Assembly: GCA_904063045.1 (NCBI GenBank)
Contig: CAJFCJ010000017.1
Location: 62,001 to 126,000, forward strand
Reading direction: 5' to 3'
DNA: 64,000 nucleotides
From: Dimorphilus gyrociliatus
Lineage: Eukaryota > Animalia > Annelida
The translations under genes were made by a program, and so were the position numbers. The notes under the pieces were generated by a model, which was not told where the DNA came from, did no database searches, and saw nothing but the letters and a program-made list of their open reading frames with translations. Shown here in pieces: positions 55,001-64,000 of this stretch; positions within the stretch are counted from its first letter, which is position 1; every line of letters begins with the position of its first letter.

Positions 55001-55778
55001 ACTAATAAAAGGACAACGTTTTAGTCCATTGTTTTTCTGGTTCATAGTATTTGTTCATTCAGCCGTGTTCAATAAAAATAAAATTCTAATATTAGATATA
55101 AAAGAGGAGAGGGAATAGAGAGAAAAATTGATTTCTAGTCATTTAAGACTGTAAAGAATAATTGGAAAAGGCCTAACAGTTAAAGGGGTTTGTGGAAAAA
55201 AAGACAATGCTTTAAGAAAGCAGAAATACGTAAGTAATGGTGAAGTAATTAGATGTTTCTCATTTGAGAGACAAGGAAAAGAGAGAGAATCAACTATATA
55301 TGTATACAGTATACCTGAGAAGGGTATCTATCATGTTGATTCTGGAAGCCACAGATTTGCCACAATAATGAATTCCCTATAATTTCTATATTTATATGTA
55401 AATGGATGCTAGATCCAAAAGCTTAAAAAGTACTTTGTTTCCATCTAGTTTAAATAGTATTCTATTTCCTTTATACATTAAAAATATAGATAAATTTTAT
55501 AATAAATACTTTATTAGTGTAACACCAATTTATATTTATTAAGTTATTAAACTCGCTCAAAACGTTTAGTATAAATAATATAAATCTATATTGAATAAAG
55601 AAAGTAATCGGAGGAGGACTAAAAGAGATTCTCTTTATAAATTACAACGTAATTGAAATATTTTTTAAATGATCCATTAAACATCAATTGTTATATTTTG
55701 ACTAGGTATTTTTCCAATTTTTTATCAGCCTATACTTTAATATATCCCTACTTACTCGTTCGTTGACTGTACTTTTCT

Positions 55779-55799
55779 TAACCCTAACCCTAACCCTAA
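55779..55799 (-). repeat. Short interstitial telomere-like repeat (TTAGGG)3
   Basis: Plus strand TAACCCTAACCCTAACCCTAA. Confidence 0.7.
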
Positions 55800-56961
55800 T
55801 GCTGTTGGAATAATTAATTAAGTGTTGAGGGATTTTTAGAATATTTTCTTGAATAATGGAGAAAATTTATTAAAATTACATAAATTATGAACGATAATAA
55901 AAGTTTTGGCATTTGGAAACGTTTTCCGCATTCTCCTAAGTAATTATCTAATGTGAATTCATGTAGAATGCCAATTATGAGGATGAGGAGAGGATGGTAA
56001 AAGTGGAAATAGCTTTCTTTACTTTCTTTTTTTGGCGTTTTCAATTTAGATTCCATTTTGAAAAATTGATTTAAAGAGTGATGGCGACCAAACTCTCTCT
56101 ATGCTATTGTAGTTATGCAATAGGATCTATTCACCTATTCCAAGTGGTTATACAGTAGAATGTTATATAAATTAGTTGTTAGCGAGAGACAACCTTTTCT
56201 TTATTATGCTCCTTGTTATTCTCATAGGAAAGTCGTTATCATTTAAAACTGAAACTAAAGGTTTCCCTGGATTTAGTCTCCTGGCCTAAATCCTTTGTTT
56301 GAAGAAGAACAAGCTTCTCTCCAACGATGTGCAAGGACGATGTCAAGTGTTGAAAGTCTCTTCATCACATTGGGAATGTCTAAATCTTTAAGACAGGTTG
56401 ATCAACGATACAACTTTAATAACAACTGACGTTTCAAAGAATTCCAATCAGCAGTCATAACGTTCTCGTTAAAAGTAATTCTATTTAATCCGCTATAGAT
56501 GCTACAGCCTAGTAATAACAAGAAACAATTAACCTATTACTATTTAGTACTATTGCATAAAGATACGAAAATAACGCTTGAATTAATTTACATAAATGTA
56601 AATAGTTGGTATCAAGTTTTGATGCCTCGATTTCGTAATTTATTTAAATGTTACTAATGTAATCAACAATTTGAAATTATAAAGTTAATTTTTATTTAAT
56701 TAACTAATTAATTTTTTATCTAGAATACTTAAACAATGTAGAGAAAAAATTTGAACTCTTCCGGTTTGAAATTAAGCAGCTGTACAATGAATGCCTATAT
56801 AGATAGGCGTAAACTTTAGGCCAAAATAGTATGATCAATACACAATACTGTGCATATACTGTAATTTAATTTTTTTGGTTATATTGCAATTAAATCAATA
56901 TAAAAGTGTAAAAAAAAGAGGAGAATTTCATGTTTTTGGATGGGTTTTTGTTGAATTGAAA

Positions 56962-58586
56962 ATGGTTGAAGAAATTGAAGATATAAGCTTGAAAATTTTA
57001 TTAGTTGGTGATAGCGGAGTCGGTAAAACTAATCTCATCTATAGATTTACGGAAAAGAAATTTGAAAAAACGTTTATATCTACAATAGGTTTGTTTATTA
57101 GCGAATTGCCATTATAAATGGATAGTTAATTGTTTTAGGAGACATCGACGAGTGTATAGTTCAATTTAGCAACTATAATGTCTACATAAAAAGGATTGAG
57201 AGATAGAGATAGGCGAATAAATAGATAGACAGATAGATAGATATTTCTGTATCAGACAGAAAAAAAAGAAGGAATATTATACAAGATATATACATATGTT
57301 TGTTCAAGAGCCAACTACAAGATCCTTCTATTAAGCTAATCTAATACAATAGTATTGTTCAAACAACATAAATATCTTTTGAAATTTTATTTAGAGGATC
57401 TAATGCATTTGTTGGTGATGAGGGTTACTAGGTTACTAGAGTAGAAATTCATTCCAATCTGCTGCACAGACAAACTCTGATTAATCGCAATATATATATA
57501 CAGTATATACTATATCCAATATATATTAATAATAAACAAACCACCTCTACTTAAGCGCATGATAATCTCTCAATAGTTTTAGTATTAATTAAGATAATTA
57601 ATATTCAGAATAAAAAGAGAAGGAAATAAAACTGTATTGAAGAGTTGTTTGCACTTGAAAGAATACAATCTTACTAATAAATTAGAATTAAATACGGAAT
57701 AGAGTTTTATTTGTGTCCTAATTAAACTTTATTAACTTACTCCTCCCTAGTCTACCATCCGGTCGGCTAATCCCTTAAAAGTACTATGACCTTGGTATGA
57801 ATTTTCTCTAGTTGCTAATATTACCAACTTTAGATAGGTATAGGTGTTACCTGTAGAGTGTATGCGTGTAAATTGTACGTTTTATCTCGTGTTGCATGGC
57901 AGTTACCCTTGCATGGTCTAAAATAAGAGAGAATCCTTTAATTATAAAGATCTAAAGTCTGTATACATCTTTGTTTACCTAATTCTGTGAAATATTTCCC
58001 AAAATCATAGCGTGCGACTTAAAATTTAGAACAATATCGCTATTGGAAAAAAATATCAAACTACAAGTTTGGGACACTACTGGCCAAGAGCGATTTGGTT
58101 CCGTAACGAGAAATTATTACCCAGGTACTCATGGTATAATGATTGTATTTGATGTAAGAAACAAAGAGAGCTTTGACAATATTTCCAAATGGTTGACAGA
58201 TATTCAACAGGTTTGTATAGAGAGAACTATCTAATCAAGTATTGGGGAGTCACATGATTGACATTAAAATATATACGGTATATGATATCTGCACTCTTTC
58301 ATTATATTATTCTTATTCAAATATAGCACGGTTCTAATCAAGTTTCAAAGATAATCGTTGGTAATAAAGCGGACAGCGACCAATCGAGAATAGTCTCGCA
58401 ACAAGAAGCTCAAAATGTAGAATATTCTTTTCATTTTTGTATTACTAACTATCTAATTAATTAACTAATTAATTAATTTCGCAGTTGGCTGAAAGATTAA
58501 ATATCCCGTATATTGAAACAAGCGCTCTTAATAACGATAACGTTGAAATAGCTTTTAAAAATTTGGTTCAAACAATAATAGAAAAG
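56962..58586 (+). CDS. Divergent Rab-family small GTPase (Rab1/8/10-like); G domain complete in 4 exons, terminal exon unresolved
   Basis: Exons 56962-57088, 58011-58210, 58327-58416, 58485-58586. G1 GDSGVGKT, G2 FISTIA, G3 [10 protein letters not shown]4 NKAD, G5 ETSAL. The best nearby acceptor (58976-58999) gives FCSRELN*. Confidence 0.88.
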
Positions 58587-60217
58587 GTAAAAATAAAATA
58601 AATTTAATAAGTATTCATACTATATATCTTCATCATCATCGTCCTCCTCCTCCTCCTCCTCCTCTTCCTCTTCCTCTACACTCCTCTATCAACATTCAAC
58701 CTACTTGTCAACACTCTTACACCTTACAAGAGAAAAGACGAAGAAGACGATTGATAAAAGAAAATAGTATAATTTTACAATATAGGACAATTTGTAATTA
58801 TTATTTTTGAACAGAGAGAACAAGTTAAGAATAAATAAACTCTTCAAGATTTCCTTATTCTTCTCCTCTCTTGCATTTATATAAATTAATAGAGTAATTT
58901 AAATTCTATGCTGATAATCGTTCATCTGCTATTATCTATACAGTATATTAAATAACGTTTCTATTCATTTTCAAGTTTTGTTCAAGAGAATTGAATTGAA
59001 AAACGTTCGCTTATTAAAGAGTACATAATTAAATGGTACACCTGATATTTCGTTTTAGTCTAATTGAGAGTTACAGGAATGGAAATAAAAGCAATTAATC
59101 GTTTTATTAAATGTCTCTTATCTCTTTACTTTAATTATTTTTAATGAAGAGAACGTAAGAAAAAATTAGATTAAGTAAAGAGATCTGCTACCAATTTACT
59201 ATCTTAATAAATAAATAAAATACAACATATCGTATTTAGTTTATTGTCTTTTATAATTAAATTTTGTATATTACGTAATGAATGAGTACTGATGAAGATA
59301 TTTCCCTAATTTCTTGAATTATGTCATTTAAAGATTATACAATATAATTAAATAGATCCATGTACTAGGGTATTGGTAATCTATTCTTATTCTTTTGATG
59401 TTTTATTCCCCTCTACCAATACCCTTATGATTACTTACTTAATCTAGACAGATTATTAAATTGTCTTTTTCTTCTTTCTTCTTCTTCTTTTTGCCCTCTT
59501 ATTTTATGTTACTGTTCATTTATTATACAATAGAAAAACGTGTTATTATTTCTAGGATATTCTTAAAGTCACCTTAAAACTGTAAGAATATGAAAACTGG
59601 TTGTAAAAATGTTGGAAAATACGAAATATTTCTTTTGGATATAATAAAATAGGCAGACTGTTTATCATTCTATTACAAGCAGCACTACAGTCTTTATCCT
59701 ACTGTATAGGAAAGTTGTATACTGTCGACTATAAATGCAGTGCACAAATATTCTACATAGGAAAAAGAGCTCTATTTAAACGTATTGCATATAAAACGCG
59801 TCTATTCTCTTAACTAGTTGTATATCATTAAGGAAAATTTTTAATAGATGAATTATTACACTTACCGACTCTTAAGATCAAACAAAGAACGAATCGACAT
59901 CTGTTTGAAAGGCTTTATAATCCGAAAAAGATTTTATATATGTAGCGGTAAACATTTTTTTTTAAAAAAAAATAACCAGAAAATCTACGCCTGGGAAAAA
60001 GGTACAATTCTCTATTTCCGATTATAGGCCTAATATTTCTATATTGTGCCGCACTAAGAACAATTATCGTTCTTTTGAACTATGTTAGAAGAGTTGCCCA
60101 TTTTTTGTGTATGAATTATCAGTTAAAACAATGTGTATACTAGTAATATACAGTATAAACACTGCATATACAGTATATATGTCTTTATATAGATATAAAG
60201 AGTATACAATAAATTCC

Positions 60218-60263
60218 CTTGAACTTGAACTCGAACTTGAATATGAACTTAAACTTGAACTTG
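60218..60263. repeat. Degenerate (CTTGAA)n hexamer minisatellite
   Basis: cttgaacttgaactcgaacttgaatatgaacttaaacttgaacttgaa. Confidence 0.85.
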
Positions 60264-61095
60264 AAGATTTTCTTCATATTTCGTCAATAAAACTATACAT
60301 CCTTTGAATGTAAATTTTGTACTTTCTCTTCCAGAAAGTAACTTGAATTTTGAATAGAAACTGTAGTTGGTTAAAAAAATTATTATTTTTTTTAAGTAGG
60401 TCAAACGTAATAAAAGATAAATTAGGTTTCTTTATTGTTCTTTATGTTTTTTGTTAAGAATAATGAAGAAAAGAAGCGCACTAGGCTTACAAAACTAAAA
60501 GAAAGAAGAATAGAGAAATGAAGACCAAAAGTAAAACTAAAATAATATGCACAATTGTCTTATTCTAGGTATATGTAAAAAGTTAAATTGACTAGTTTGC
60601 CAAAGATGAAATGAGTACACGAATATAAAAAGGAAACGATAGTTGGAACAGAATTAATCTATTAATAATCTATTAATAAATAGTAATAGATTAGTAAAAG
60701 TTGGTAGGAAGATATAAAGAATTCATATTTGGTGTTTATTTCTTTAATAATATTTTGTTTCCTTTTTGAAAGAGAAAGAAACTAAACTAAAGATGGAAAA
60801 GTCTATTTGTTTATAAATAGAAGAATTTTGCACGTAGTAGATGAGTAGCGGGAAAACTGATAGTCAAAAGAACGAATATTTGTGATAAATATTACAAGGT
60901 TTCAGATAGAAACTTGGCATGGTTTAAAAGTAGTTACAGCTGTTCCATCCAAGATTAATATTATTAATTTACTGATGGGAAAAGAAGCTGAAAAGAGATT
61001 TTTAAGTTTGCGCACCTTTACCGTTAGATGGCATTGCTATTATATACAGTATATATATATATATATAAATTTATATATATATAAATCTATCGCCT

Positions 61096-61140
<45 letters not shown>

Positions 61141-62244
61141 TCTTTTCACTCCCTCCCCTCAACTCTTCATTCCTTCATCCCTTCTTCCCTCTATCTCTCT
61201 CTCTCTCTCTGTCCATAGAATGTTTACTTATATCGTAATGGATTGAATTTTTTTCCTTCATATTACATAAAACATTCATACCGCGTTCAATAAACTTTGT
61301 CCTAGAAAGAAGAAAAAGTAGAATCAGCAAAGTCCCAGGTAAAAAGCACACATAGAATAGACACTTTAAAGTATATATATGCTTTTCTCCTGAATAAGGA
61401 GAGGAATTCTTTAAGTAAAGGTCATAGAGTAGCTCTAGTTTCTCTTCGTTTAATAATAAATACAGTTTTGTATTGTTTCTTATGAAAACAACATGTACTA
61501 TACCAAGAAATTTCTAGGTCATGTTATAGTTAACGTATATACAACCTTAAATAGACAATTGATATTTTATATATGATATGAAAATAAGAAGAAAATAAGG
61601 AAAAAAAAGTATATTTTTTCATTCCTTGAACTTTTTACTGTCTTATAAAGAATGTTTTTTTTTAAAACTAATGAAAGGATCAATAGAAGGAAATTGTTGT
61701 TAAAAATTTCATTAAAACTATGTCGACAAATAATCAATTAAACCTTAATTGATACGTTAAGTATTAAGAAAAGGTCAGTTGGTAAAAGTACGCTGTAAAA
61801 AGGTTGGAATAAAAGGGAAGAAGAAGGAGATTTCCTCTTCTTTTTAATCTAAAATACAAGTTACAAAACTCAGCTAAAGGTATTTAATTTCTTACTGTAT
61901 ATACAGTACAGTATATATATATATACAAATACCTTAAAAGTAACGACTTAACGTAATTAGGGAAGAGGGTACAATCGAGCAGAGCCACTATTAGCCTTAA
62001 TTGACGATACTTTGGATTTTTCACTTAAAACAAAACAGATCGTAATTTTTTCCCTCACATGTATAGAGAGATTTAACCACAATCCGTTTCTCCTAAACGT
62101 TATAATTACCTTTATTGGTTTGTATTAATAAGTTATATAACATATTCTCTATACTATACACACACAGTTTATGTATAATCGCTATTCATTGTGTATTTGT
62201 TTATATTTGTTTATTTATGTCGTCTTCCTAGGTTATGGTAAATG

Positions 62245-62288
<44 letters not shown>

Positions 62289-63825
62289 TTATATATCCTT
62301 TACCCTTTCTTATTACTCGTATTATTACTATTATTATTATATTATATAAAAAGAAACCGATAATTGCTTTTTCTTCTCTGCTTTCTCTCTCAACTTAAAT
62401 GGGGACAAGGACAAACTGTTAAAGATTTCCTTTTCCGCTTACTTCAACCTTTTAAAGCGTTTATAGTATAATAGAATGAATTCTCTTTCTTGCAATTATA
62501 ACATCTTTAGGGAAAGTTGCATGATAAAATTAAAAGAAATACGCCATCTATTGCCCTTTTTCTGCAAAAGGAAAATCTTGTAATTTTGTCTTTACGACTA
62601 CTAGGCAACAAAAAAAAACGAGAGTAAAAAAAAGGGAGGGGCGGAGTGGGTGGATTAGAACGAAGAAGAAGAAGAATGAAAGAAGGAATGAGAGAGGGGA
62701 TAGAGAGTGGGAAAGCAGGGGGAGGTGCTGAAGGGGGAAAGAGGGAGGAAAAAGGTCAAGGAGGAATTGGCTGTGGGTAGATAGATAGAAAGATAGATAG
62801 ATAGAGAGGAAGGAGGAAAGGCAAAGGATCAGGAAGGGAATTGAATTACTGGAGTAATAATATGACATTGAATATTAGAAATTTTTGAAAATTAAACCCA
62901 CACATCGTATTTAATTAAAATATCCAAACAGCTGTTGGGTGATAATAAGTCTCTTTCTATGAAATAGAAAAAAAAAGCCCCATTATATTCATTCCGTTTC
63001 GGTCAATATCCTATACAATATTTTGCCGTTTCCGTCAATTACTACGAACCATACTCGTCTTTAGTTTCTTTCTCTGTGAAGAGAAAAGAGAATGTATATT
63101 TTCTGCCTACATTTTTCCTTTTGCTTCGTGATAATAAGCTTAAAAATTCTGGACGGCCAGCTAATCAGTACTATTGAGTTGATCGATCGATAAAAATTGA
63201 CCATAAAAAACGAAGCGTAATAGTTTAGATTCGATCTGCTTTTCTCAAGGACTATTGTCAGAGGATATTGACCCTTCATATGCAAATGAGAATTGTCCTT
63301 TCCTTACTATACAGTATACTATCGCGTATATACTTTGCATTAATATATGTATAAATTATATAAACAAAAATACTATTAATATATGAATTAATGCAAGTGT
63401 ATATAAAACCAGTAGAACCTATTATATAGACGATTTGCTGACTTTGAATATACAATAAAAAATGCAGAAATACACAATCAACATAATGAAAAACATGTGC
63501 AATTTTTTTATAAACAATCACATCTCTTCGTATTTGAAATTAAAACTATATTTGTTTCAATTCCATGAACAAGATTGAATAGATTTCGTTAGTTCTTTTA
63601 TAATTTTACTCCTTCTCTCTCTCTCTCTCTCTCTCTCACTTCTTTTATTATCATACGTCAATACGTTGTTTAAATGAAAGAGTAGCCTAGTACTGTTCAT
63701 AATATAGTAAATATAGGTCAGTTGAATAAACTAGGGGATTTATGTCAAATTAAAAGAGATTTTTTTTTCTTTTTTTTCCTTTCAACCAATATTTTACAAG
63801 CTAGAAAATAGGTGAGACGTAGTTT

Positions 63826-63857
<32 letters not shown>

Positions 63858-64000
63858 TCTTTTATATGTCATATGAACTTGATTTTTTTTTTTCATAAGG
63901 CGGTTGTACTCGCCTATTTGTACAAGTCTTTTAAAGCTATATTAAGAAAGATTGTTTAGCGATTCTCTTCCTTCTCATACAATGTAATGCATCGTTTAGT

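Noticed and set aside
61651-61703. ...GSIEGNCC* looks like a Rab CC tail
   Set aside because: All reasonable acceptors are phase 1 while the Rab exon-4 donor is phase 0. The only compatible route needs a purine-rich acceptor and an extra speculative exon.
4058-62868. Many ORF-track ORFs rich in SLSLSL, REREREE, YIYIYI or FFFF (e.g. 5231-5558, 24609-25058, 30069-30400, 35228-35479, 62548-62868)
   Set aside because: They are translations of (CT)n, (GA)n, (TA)n and (CTT)n microsatellites that lack stop codons, not genes.
1-64000. CRISPR arrays, tRNA/rRNA genes, transposase or reverse-transcriptase ORFs, prokaryotic operons
   Set aside because: None seen: no spacer-separated direct repeats, no T-arm consensus, and no DDE or YxDD motifs. 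The window is intron-containing eukaryotic DNA.

Overview
AT-rich (roughly 27-28% GC by eye), microsatellite-dense eukaryotic (metazoan) genomic DNA with many 42-100 nt GT-AG introns and a few multi-kb ones. The style suggests a compact-genome invertebrate such as the annelid Dimorphilus (inference only). By hand I could splice seven protein genes: a secreted EGF/F-type-lectin-like/PAN mosaic protein (+), a GDA1/CD39 NTPDase (+), a TRPC channel (-), a CCDC33-like coiled-coil protein with no C2 domains (+), an ETH/TRH/ghrelin-receptor-clade GPCR (-), an SLC16 transporter (-) and a divergent Rab GTPase (+). There is also one candidate micro-gene missed by the ORF track. I saw no prokaryotic features, tRNA/rRNA genes or transposase. 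The strongest unexplained signal is the 11-mer TATAC(A/T)GTATA, about 20 copies versus about 0.25 expected. It matches the excision footprint of Sleeping-Beauty-type Tc1/mariner elements, and its central base flips polarity at a perfect palindrome near 40.1 kb. All counts and exon boundaries are manual and need computational confirmation.
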